Virus record (IMG/VR): IMGVR_UViG_3300042879_003909
Span: 79,772 to 143,771 of that record
DNA length: 64,000 nucleotides
From: a virus
Lineage: Duplodnaviria; Heunggongvirae; Uroviricota; Caudoviricetes
Reading direction: 5' to 3' (one strand)
Under the pieces are notes generated by a model, which was not told the DNA's origin, made no database searches, and worked only from the letters and a program-made list of their open reading frames with translations. Shown one piece after another: positions 19,103 to 27,214 of this stretch. The translations under genes and the position numbers were made by a program. Position 1 is the first letter of the stretch; each line of letters starts with the position of its first letter.

Positions 19103-20757
19103 TTCATCCTATGAGATTCCCATGTATTATAATATTCTCTTAGACTTACTATCTGCTTATAAGCATCTTGGTAGCTAAAAGCTTTCATTTTTAAAGCATC
19201 TTTATTATGGCTTTCATTAATATAATAAGAGCTTAAATTTTCTACTGTTGCCTTATATGTTAATTCTTTAAGCAGTCTTCTCCATAAAAAGCTGCCTAGC
19301 AATTCTGGCTTACATAAAACTTCGCATATTAAAAAATTAGCTTGATCGAGCGGTGACTTTAGCGATTCGTCTATTGCTTTTGGCTTTCTTATATCTGCCG
19401 GGGACTTCCATGTTTTACTATCTTCTTTTATATCACAAGACTTGAAATAGTCTATCCATCTAGAGGCGGTTTTATCCCAATTATAGCAAGATAATGTTTT
19501 TATGTACGTGTCTCTACCCATCTTTGTCAATTCTTCTTTTGTTTTTGACGTAAGATTATGTAAGATGCTAATAAAGTCCTCATTATCCGGCACTGCTCTT
19601 TTACATCCTGTCTCTGGCTCTAGAACAAATTCTTTGACCTTTATAGGAATAGCATTGATATTTTTAATAACAGAAGACATGGCCGAATAATCGATAGAGC
19701 ACAATACATTGCCACATTGGGCCGCTTCTAGTTGAGGCATACCAAAGCCTTCGCTGTTGGCGTATTGTACATAGATATCGAATACATTGTAGACTTTAGC
19801 TAATTCAGTTTCAGACAAAGGGTTATTAATGCCGCAAATACCAGCGGTGAAATTATTACATTTATTACAATATTTTACAATATCGCTAAAAAATGAACAT
19901 GTGATGTCGCTACATTTTGAACACTTGTAAGTAAATAAAACCTTATTAGTAAGACCGTTCTGTATTAATAAATTAGGTATATCCCATCCCACATCGGGGA
20001 AAGATGTATGACAATAAAGATAAACATCCTCTCTAGATGATTGGTCCAAGAATTTTCTAAACGAATAAAATAAATCTGGGTATAATTTGCGGCGCTGATT
20101 ACGCATGACTGTGCCAATAATATATGGGGCACCGTCCATACCAAAAGCACTTCTTAGTCTTGCCTTATCTTTAATTGGATAAAAATTATTAGAAGCACAC
20201 GGAGAAGCCACGGTAACAAAATTATTAAACTGCCCCTGTTTTCTTAATGTCTCTATACCAAACTCTGAATATGTAAAAATAGCATCGGCTTTAGAGTAAG
20301 TATCTATCCATTCTATGTTTTGTGGTTCGGCATCTACCGTAGGCATTAATGCTAGGTTATAAAAATTTCTAAATGGAGAACTTTGCTCAAATGAAACCAT
20401 CCAAAAATCTCTAATATCAAAAACAAAATTTGGCTTATAGGATAATAAGATAGAATTAAAAGAAAACTCCCCAAATTCTGCTGTGGGCGATTTTTTGTAT
20501 GCTTCAAATTCCGGCGTATTATTCTTCGGCTTATTAGCAAAAACCGTCCAAGGAACATTTTTGATCTTTGGATCATCTTCGCTACAATAGCATGCCAGCT
20601 CGGCAATTTCAAAGTCTTCAACTTGATTTAGTCTACTTAATACTTCTTTAGAATAAACAGAGTATCCAGTCGGTAGCTGTGAAAATTCTGTTACCATTAG
20701 TATCTTTTTTTTGGCCATAAAGTCTCCAATAAATAAAGGCCCGCTTTCACGGGCCAA
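19093..20757 (-). CDS. GT4-family glycosyltransferase with an inserted Cys-rich (zinc-ribbon-like) segment and a long C-terminal extension
   Basis: KKILMVTEF N-terminus; EGFGMPQLEAAQCGNVLCSIDYSAM motif; Cys cluster CSKCSDITCSFF..YCNKCNNF. Confidence 0.55.
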   Translation of the reverse strand: MARESGPLFIGDFMAKKKILMVTEFSQLPTGYSVYSKEVLSRLNQVEDFEIAELACYCSEDDPKIKNVPWTVFANKPKNNTPEFEAYKKSPTAEFGEFSFNSILLSYKPNFVFDIRDFWMVSFEQSSPFRNFYNLALMPTVDAEPQNIEWIDTYSKADAIFTYSEFGIETLRKQGQFNNFVTVASPCASNNFYPIKDKARLRSAFGMDGAPYIIGTVMRNQRRKLYPDLFYSFRKFLDQSSREDVYLYCHTSFPDVGWDIPNLLIQNGLTNKVLFTYKCSKCSDITCSFFSDIVKYCNKCNNFTAGICGINNPLSETELAKVYNVFDIYVQYANSEGFGMPQLEAAQCGNVLCSIDYSAMSSVIKNINAIPIKVKEFVLEPETGCKRAVPDNEDFISILHNLTSKTKEELTKMGRDTYIKTLSCYNWDKTASRWIDYFKSCDIKEDSKTWKSPADIRKPKAIDESLKSPLDQANFLICEVLCKPELLGSFLWRRLLKELTYKATVENLSSYYINESHNKDALKMKAFSYQDAYKQIVSLREYYNTWESHRMNCL

Positions 20758-20760
20758 GCT

Positions 20761-21090
20761 TTAATCTTCTTTATTAGAAGGAAAAATCTTAAAGTGGTTT
20801 ACTCTAAAACTTATTTTTTGTTTTCTATCGCCTTCCGGCGTATTCCACTTTTGTTGCCGGGCAGATGCATTTACTACTAAGTAGTCGCCCTTTTTGGCAT
20901 GCTTATAAATTGTTTCTGCTCCAGAATCCCAGATTTCAAAATCAAGATAATCATATCTCTTTTTATTTACTCCGTCATTATCTTTCCATGTTTCTTCTAC
21001 ACTCAATGTAAAAGTTACCAATTTTGTTCCGTTTAAATCTTTAGAAATTGGCTCTTGTGCTAATCTACCTAAAAATTGACAATTGTTCAT
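20761..21090 (-). CDS. ssb: single-stranded DNA-binding protein (OB fold)
   Basis: N-terminus MNNCQFLGRLAQEPISKDL...KLVTFTLSVEETWKDNDG...DYLDFEIWDSGAE parallels bacterial/phage SSB (MN.v.liGRLtrDPE...va.f.lAv...w.d..G..e.t.f....wg). Confidence 0.7.
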   Translation of the reverse strand: MNNCQFLGRLAQEPISKDLNGTKLVTFTLSVEETWKDNDGVNKKRYDYLDFEIWDSGAETIYKHAKKGDYLVVNASARQQKWNTPEGDRKQKISFRVNHFKIFPSNKED

Positions 21091-21099
21091 GACACTCTC

Positions 21100-22221
21100 C
21101 TAAATTTGACAAACTTTATCTACAATAAAACCATCTTTGCTATCTGAAGGTTTTCCAATAAGTATCACAGTATTTCCTTCGTATAGCATTTTTTTATACT
21201 GATCATAAGAATCTGGAAAAACAATAACGGAATCTAAAATAGCACTATGGTCTGAAACAGACAAGAATGCCATTTTTTTACCCTTATTCTTTCCCTCTTT
21301 CTTAATAACATACTCTCTCAATCCATTAATAGTAACACCAAGGTTAGCCGGGCCTTTAACAATTCCCTGATAAATTTCCTTACATTCTGCATTGATTATA
21401 TCAGTATCACCCATATCGCTAGCTGCACATGTCATCGGAATGCCCATATAGTATTCTTCTTTCTCTGCTATCCAAGAAGCGTGATCATTTAGATCTGTTG
21501 GAGGATTATCAAGTAGCTTTTTTATGCCCATTAGTATGTCTAATCTCGGTTTATTAACTTTAAAATTATGTATCAAAACGTTAATATGGTGAGATAAAGA
21601 TTCTGTATACTCAACATTATTCTTAATAAAATCTACCTCTCTTTGCGTGAGTTTTTTCCATGCATCATACTCAAATAACATCCTGTTTCTAGAAACAGTG
21701 TTTAGTTTATTATTAAAAATACCACACGATATCATGGCTATAAAAGCCCGCTTATTTATTTTATTAGCAAAATTACATAGTACCGATATCCAATCTAGCT
21801 CTTTAATAGTATTAGGCAGTAGAGACAATATTTTCTCTGATTCGGACTCGCCAATATCTTTCACTAAAGAAATACCAAAATAGATTTTATCTTTATGTAT
21901 AGTAAAATCTTTATATAAATTACCAAGCCTCGGTGGCAATACATCTACATTATGTATCTTGCTATCATATATCAAGCCCCGAATTTCTTCTTGAGTATCG
22001 GGCTTACGTCTAGCATGATTTAAATAAACTTCATAGAACTTGTGAATACTTTTTGCCTTACATAAAGCGCTCCAATAAGCGTTGAGTCCATAAGATACAG
22101 AATGTGAATTAGATACAGCTATGCCATCACCATAAAATATATGGTCTTCTGATCGCACCTCTATATCCATAGTTGGAATTATTCCTATTTTATTACATCT
22201 AATAATTTTTGCAGTATGCAT
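21100..22221 (-). CDS. dnaE: DNA polymerase III alpha subunit, C-terminal fragment, beginning with a 38-aa C-intein
   Basis: Begins MHTAKIIRCNKIGIIPTMDIEVRSEDHIFYGDGIAVSN / SHSVSYGLNAYWSALCKAKS, i.e. a C-intein (..HNF..GI.VSN) followed by the conserved DnaE (FNK)SHSxAY..YQTAWLK region; the rest resembles DnaE C-terminal/OB domains. Confidence 0.75.
   Translation of the reverse strand: MHTAKIIRCNKIGIIPTMDIEVRSEDHIFYGDGIAVSNSHSVSYGLNAYWSALCKAKSIHKFYEVYLNHARRKPDTQEEIRGLIYDSKIHNVDVLPPRLGNLYKDFTIHKDKIYFGISLVKDIGESESEKILSLLPNTIKELDWISVLCNFANKINKRAFIAMISCGIFNNKLNTVSRNRMLFEYDAWKKLTQREVDFIKNNVEYTESLSHHINVLIHNFKVNKPRLDILMGIKKLLDNPPTDLNDHASWIAEKEEYYMGIPMTCAASDMGDTDIINAECKEIYQGIVKGPANLGVTINGLREYVIKKEGKNKGKKMAFLSVSDHSAILDSVIVFPDSYDQYKKMLYEGNTVILIGKPSDSKDGFIVDKVCQI
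22108..22221 (-). mobile_element. split intein, C-terminal half (Int-C) of the fractured dnaE
   Basis: 38 codons ending ..GIAVSN with a +1 Ser; pairs with the N-intein at 23105-23389. Confidence 0.7.
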
Positions 22222-23072
22222 TCAATATCTCCTAGAATGTCTGATTCCCAAAATCTTATCAATTTTATATTATTATTTTTACAAAATTTATTTTTCTTAA
22301 TATCTCTAATGGCATTTCTTTTTTGCGTAGATGTTTTCGGTCCATCTTTGTATATCTTGGGATTACTGTGCCAATAATCTCCATCTATTTCTATACATAT
22401 ATTATAGTCAATGAGATAAAAATCAAAAGACCAATATTCGATTCTTTTTTCTTGTTCGTAGTTTATGTTATTGGCTTCTAATAAATCTTTAAATTTTCGA
22501 CATGGTAAAGTATCATTTTGTTTAAAAATGCCTTCTTTGATTAATCTTAATGTATTCTCTCTTAATTTCTGTTTAGTTTCTTCGGTATGTTTATGTCCAG
22601 TATGTCCATGTACAGATCTTTTTTTAGCTGACTCGCTTTGTTTTTGTTTAGTTTCTACTGACGGCTTTCTACCTATGGCTTTATCTGATATTCTTTTCAT
22701 TAAGTCAGAATTTTCTTTATTCAATCCGTTGTTCCAAGGTATTTTTCCAAACATCGGATTATTGCTTCCGACCCTATTGGTTTTTGCTTCTTGTGACCAT
22801 TTTTTTACACCTTCATTTAAACCACATGCTATCTTTTTATATCTAATATTAGAGCCATCTAATATGACCGTTAGTTTTTTATTGCACGCACCGCAAGGAC
22901 AGCTTGGGCCATATCCAAAATAGTCTGTTAAGGATAACTCATGACATTCTTCTATATGCTTTTTAAAACATTGAGATTTATAAACCCCTGTCCCTCCATA
23001 TTGTTTTACCATTTCTGATAAAGAATAATTACATATTTTACAAAACTCCCATTCTTTCTTTTCTATAATCAT
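22185..23072 (-). CDS. free-standing homing-endonuclease-like protein between the dnaE halves (zinc finger + NUMOD-like repeat + DUF559/Vsr-like endonuclease domain)
   Basis: CKICN...CFKKHIEECH zinc finger; GHTGHKHTEETKQKLRENT (NUMOD3-like GxxHSEETKxKIS); C-terminal DFYLIDYNICIEIDGDYWHSNP...IKLIRFWE (DUF559-type). It lies exactly between the Int-N and Int-C ends. Confidence 0.6.
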   Translation of the reverse strand: MIIEKKEWEFCKICNYSLSEMVKQYGGTGVYKSQCFKKHIEECHELSLTDYFGYGPSCPCGACNKKLTVILDGSNIRYKKIACGLNEGVKKWSQEAKTNRVGSNNPMFGKIPWNNGLNKENSDLMKRISDKAIGRKPSVETKQKQSESAKKRSVHGHTGHKHTEETKQKLRENTLRLIKEGIFKQNDTLPCRKFKDLLEANNINYEQEKRIEYWSFDFYLIDYNICIEIDGDYWHSNPKIYKDGPKTSTQKRNAIRDIKKNKFCKNNNIKLIRFWESDILGDIECILQKLLDVIK

Positions 23073-23101
23073 TAGTATGCCTCCTGTTAATAAAACCCAT
23101 A

Positions 23102-25786
23102 CTAATTATTATACACAATAATTTCATAACCTTGGTCTAAAATTTCATACAATGGCCGTGTTATAAAATCAGAGCATAGAAATTTATGATCTAGGGTACA
23201 TTTAATACTATGGCCCGAATCTGTTTCTATTTCATATACTTCTTTTTCGCCATTATGTATTATGTCTATTACTTCAACATAATGATCTTGTCCATTTTTA
23301 TTTGGTGCTAATATCATATCTCCTAGATTTAATTCGCACAACATCTTAATTTCATCTTTAGTATTAACCGTTGTCGTCGGGTCCAAGCATCGATTAAACG
23401 AATATCTGTTTGATGCTTCAATCCATTCAAAGATTTGTTCTGCCTCTTCTTTAGTTACAATGCCCTTTTTTTCAGCACCTTCAATAAAAGATATTTTAAC
23501 TTTAGCCATAAGATCAGCAAGTTTTTTACCCATAGCTTTACGCAAGTTATCGGCTTCTTGCTCTGTAAATCCAGCTATTTCTCTAGCTATCATCATACTT
23601 TGTTCTTGATAAACTAAAACGCCGTAAGTATCTTTCAGAATAGGCTCTAGGGCCGGATGAAAATACTTTACCTCATCCTTACCAGACTTGCGATCAATAT
23701 AGTGTTGTGTCATAGACTTGCCTTCAAAATAGGCATTCAGTGTGCCCGGCCTAATTAAAGCTACAAGGGCCGATCCTTCTTCCAGCATATGTGGCTGTAA
23801 TTTTTTAGTCCATGTTTTACCAAGCTGTGACTCAAGCTGAAAAACTCCTCTTGTATCGCCTTCGCACAATAATCTCCAAGTCTCTACGTCTTCCCAGTTG
23901 TCCAAGTCTATATTGGCATACTTAGCTATTTTATCAATCTTGCTTAAAATATCAACACCAAGAATATCAAACTTTACCTGACCAATAGATTCAAGATCGC
24001 CCATTTCAAAACCGGCTACCGGATTGCCTTCACTGTCGCGTACCATCGGACAAATATCCGCTAATGGAGAAGCGGCAATAATAATACCGGCAGCATGCTT
24101 GCCCTGCGATTTGTAGGTGCCTTCAACCTTAATTGCTTTTTCAAAAACATCTGCTAGATCGCCAATTAGTTTACCGTCTACTAAAGAGCACCACTTCTCT
24201 AATTTTTTAGGATTATTAATAAGCGCCCATCTAATAATAGACTTATCTTCCATTTCTTCTAATTCGTCAGAGATTTCAGCCTCGTCTGGAATATACTTTG
24301 TTATTTCATTCATTTCAGTAAATGAAACGATATCTTCTACTCTTAATACTTCCTTGACTGCTGATCTGCCCTGAAGTCTACCAAATGTAGCCATTTGAGA
24401 AACATTTTCATGTCCATATGTTTGTTTGATATATTCGATAACTTCGTCTCTATGTTCGGCTGGAACATCTACGTCAATGTCCGGCAAGCTACCCTTTCTA
24501 GAGCTATTATAAAATCTAGAGAACAAAAGCTTAAACGGAATAGGATCAATAGAAGTAATACCAACTAAATAAGATATTAAACAGCCAGCAGCACTTCCAC
24601 GGCCCGGGCCCGGTAGCCAGCCTTGTTTTCTTACCCAGTTGACAATATCTTGAACAATTAGAAAATAGCCAGATAGTCCAGCGTCTTTAATAATTTCCAA
24701 TTCTTCTTTGATTCTGTTTTCATATATGCTTTTAGATTCTTGTGTAGAGACTTTACCCTTTTTCACCAGTAGTTCTTGCCATCCTTTACGGCAAAGATGT
24801 TTTAAATATTCAAACTCGCTCATTCCATCGGGACAACTAAAATGCGGCAAAATAGGACTATTTAGAATGTTATATTCTTCGCACTTATCAACAATCTTTC
24901 CAGCATTATCTATCTCTTCCTGTGTATGCAAAGCTAATATTTCGCCCGGCGAAGGTATGTGATAATTGTCTGAAATAAAAAATCCTTTCAGTGGGACCTT
25001 TTCTTTCTTTTGTATCGCCCTGTTGATTTGTGGCATAGTCTTTTTTAACGCAGAACACAATAGAATTCTTTGATATACTGCGTCCGACTTATCTACATAA
25101 TGACTATCCGCAGTAGCTACAGTTTGAATATTATACTCGGCTGCTATTTCTCTCAAGCATTGGCCTATTACTTTTGCTGCATGTAGAACTTCTTGATCTA
25201 TTAGCTGAATCTCTAGATAAAAATCATTTCCAAAGATTTCTTGATGCAGCTTTATAACCTCATAACAAGACTCTTTCCAGTCTGGCCTTAAATAAGCCCG
25301 GGCTTCTTCATATGATTCTGCATCAAAAACATTATTAGAAAAGAATAAAGATTCAGATATAGCCGTGCCCGGATGACCACTAATGCAAATATGATTTCCA
25401 TTGCCAAGATTTTTCTTCATGATTGAATAGTCAATACGTGGCTTATAATAAAAATTATCTGGGTGATAACTTTCTGAAACACAGCGAATTAATTCCTTCC
25501 ATCCTTGTAGGTTTTTAGCTAATATAACAACGTGATTTAAGCCTTTATTTTCGGATGATCTATCTTTGGCATCTTTGCTTATATAAAACTCGCAACCCAG
25601 AATGGGTTTAATCCCACCCTTTTTACACTCGGAAAAAAAGTCTACGCAGCCAGATATGGAGCCATGATCGGTCAAAGCACAAGCCTTGTATCCATACTCT
25701 TTACATCGCTTGACCATGTCTTTTGGCTTACTATAACCGTCTAATAACGACAAGTGACTGTGGTTATGGAGAGACGCCCAATTCAT
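23102..25786 (-). CDS. dnaE: DNA polymerase III alpha subunit, N-terminal fragment (PHP + polymerase core), ending in a 95-aa N-intein
   Basis: PHP domain MNWASLHNHSHLSLLDGYSKPKD...ALTDHGSISG; polymerase core; the ORF terminates with ..ASNRYSFNR / CLDPTTTVNTKDE...TLDHKFL...EIIVYNN*, i.e. Hint blocks A (C-LD-T) and B (TLDH) with a stop after the N-intein. Confidence 0.85.
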   Translation of the reverse strand: MNWASLHNHSHLSLLDGYSKPKDMVKRCKEYGYKACALTDHGSISGCVDFFSECKKGGIKPILGCEFYISKDAKDRSSENKGLNHVVILAKNLQGWKELIRCVSESYHPDNFYYKPRIDYSIMKKNLGNGNHICISGHPGTAISESLFFSNNVFDAESYEEARAYLRPDWKESCYEVIKLHQEIFGNDFYLEIQLIDQEVLHAAKVIGQCLREIAAEYNIQTVATADSHYVDKSDAVYQRILLCSALKKTMPQINRAIQKKEKVPLKGFFISDNYHIPSPGEILALHTQEEIDNAGKIVDKCEEYNILNSPILPHFSCPDGMSEFEYLKHLCRKGWQELLVKKGKVSTQESKSIYENRIKEELEIIKDAGLSGYFLIVQDIVNWVRKQGWLPGPGRGSAAGCLISYLVGITSIDPIPFKLLFSRFYNSSRKGSLPDIDVDVPAEHRDEVIEYIKQTYGHENVSQMATFGRLQGRSAVKEVLRVEDIVSFTEMNEITKYIPDEAEISDELEEMEDKSIIRWALINNPKKLEKWCSLVDGKLIGDLADVFEKAIKVEGTYKSQGKHAAGIIIAASPLADICPMVRDSEGNPVAGFEMGDLESIGQVKFDILGVDILSKIDKIAKYANIDLDNWEDVETWRLLCEGDTRGVFQLESQLGKTWTKKLQPHMLEEGSALVALIRPGTLNAYFEGKSMTQHYIDRKSGKDEVKYFHPALEPILKDTYGVLVYQEQSMMIAREIAGFTEQEADNLRKAMGKKLADLMAKVKISFIEGAEKKGIVTKEEAEQIFEWIEASNRYSFNRCLDPTTTVNTKDEIKMLCELNLGDMILAPNKNGQDHYVEVIDIIHNGEKEVYEIETDSGHSIKCTLDHKFLCSDFITRPLYEILDQGYEIIVYNN
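23105..23389 (-). mobile_element. split intein, N-terminal half (Int-N) of the fractured dnaE
   Basis: 95 codons starting at Cys1 (CLDPTT) and containing the block-B TLDHKF motif; the gene stops immediately after it. Confidence 0.75.
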
Positions 25787-26475
25787 TTAATATACAACTC
25801 CTGCCCAGCAAAGGCTTTTTCAAACTTAGTTTTTGTCGCTAGTGTTCTATGATATTTCATAAACTTAATAAAAATATTTGCAGTATTCTTTACGTCTTGC
25901 AACGCATCGTGGGCATTTTCTATATTTGCTGATGGGAGTCCTAGATATTCTGATATCGCGGTTAGACTACGGCTTTTTATCTTATCGTTATCTTCAGTCC
26001 ATGTAAAGACCAAATCCATCAAATCTACTTTGAAAATTTTGTTAAATAGGTTCGGCCTTCCTTCTTTGTCCACTTGGCCATATTCTTTGCACAATCTATG
26101 TACAATAGGTAAGTCAAATCCATTAATGTTATAGCCGCACGGAATAGGTGCCGTAAAATCACTTTTCTTGTAATTAAATCTATTTACAAACTGAACAAAG
26201 CTATCCCAAGCTATTTTTAATGGCGTAGCATTAGCAAGCCCTTCTCTAGTTTTTCTGGTTATTTCTAAAGCTTTATCTTCAACTGGATCAAGGCCCGCAG
26301 CCACAGCTTTTTCGTCATCTAGGATTGGACGAATTTCTATGTTGAATATGCCGTTGGGCTCAATTGTTAATTTTCTGCTATGCAGAGCAATTGCTGCTAT
26401 CTGTGTAGGCTGACATTTATGAGGATTAGCACTTCCTGTTTCAAAGTCAAAAATTATGAATGTATTATAGTTCAT
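25783..26475 (-). CDS. dnaQ: DnaQ-like 3'-5' exonuclease (DEDDh; Pol III epsilon-like proofreading subunit)
   Basis: Exo I FIIFDFETGS; Exo II GYNINGFDLPIV; Exo III HDALQDVKNT. Confidence 0.8.
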   Translation of the reverse strand: MNYNTFIIFDFETGSANPHKCQPTQIAAIALHSRKLTIEPNGIFNIEIRPILDDEKAVAAGLDPVEDKALEITRKTREGLANATPLKIAWDSFVQFVNRFNYKKSDFTAPIPCGYNINGFDLPIVHRLCKEYGQVDKEGRPNLFNKIFKVDLMDLVFTWTEDNDKIKSRSLTAISEYLGLPSANIENAHDALQDVKNTANIFIKFMKYHRTLATKTKFEKAFAGQELYIK

Positions 26476-26723
26476 TCTGTCATCACCTGTAATTTAAGCT
26501 CAATAAATTTATTTACTGCTTCTTCAATATTGTAATATATCTCAGAAAATTTTGCCTTAGAGTTGTCTGAGTGTACCTGATACATTCCGTTAGTTTTATT
26601 TTTTAGATATGGCACATGGTCAGTTAAATCACACAATGTAATATTTTTATATGATACAATACATCCAGCAAAAACAACCGACATATAATCTTTTTTAATA
26701 ATTTCTTCTTTTTCTTTTAGCAT
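26472..26723 (-). CDS. hypothetical protein
   Basis: ORF only; translationally coupled to its neighbours. Confidence 0.3.
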   Translation of the reverse strand: MLKEKEEIIKKDYMSVVFAGCIVSYKNITLCDLTDHVPYLKNKTNGMYQVHSDNSKAKFSEIYYNIEEAVNKFIELKLQVMTE

Positions 26724-27214
26724 TGATCTTCTCCAAATTTATATAATTCATCAATTCTGACGTTGTAGCAATCACTTTTAACTTTAAACCAATTGCTTCC
26801 GTCTCTTTGTCCTTTTGTTAGTTTTTTGGCTTTTTGAAAATATTCTTCTTTTGGCAGATATCCAAGAACCCAAGCCCTACCCCATTTTCCATTTATATTT
26901 TCAATCCTGACAAAAACATATCTGCTACAATTTTGTTTAGTGTTAAAATTAGCCACAGAACATTCGTAATCTGGCTTGGGCTCAGATGTACAGCGTTTTG
27001 TTTTTACATCATAAGTAATACCGCTATCATCAATAATATCATAGTTATAGGTATTTTCTATTTTTCCCTTGATAATAGCATTAGCAACCTCTTCTCCCAA
27101 GAAAGCGGCAATGTTACCATCGCCTTTTGTAATGGAATTTTTTAACTTGCCCATTTCTCTAGCCTTTTTCCAAGCTCGGCGTTTCATTTGTTCGGTAATT
27201 TCTACTTCTATCAT
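26717..27214 (-). CDS. hypothetical protein
   Basis: ORF only. Confidence 0.3.
   Translation of the reverse strand: MIEVEITEQMKRRAWKKAREMGKLKNSITKGDGNIAAFLGEEVANAIIKGKIENTYNYDIIDDSGITYDVKTKRCTSEPKPDYECSVANFNTKQNCSRYVFVRIENINGKWGRAWVLGYLPKEEYFQKAKKLTKGQRDGSNWFKVKSDCYNVRIDELYKFGEDQC

Noticed and set aside
4509-20757. Idea that the glycosyltransferases modify DNA (T4-like glucosylation of modified cytosine)
   Set aside because: No dCMP hydroxymethylase or other base-modification enzyme seen. The GT families present (GT2, GT10, GT25, GT32, GT47-like), together with a sugar nucleotidyltransferase and Fcl, point to glycan biosynthesis, not DNA glucosylation.
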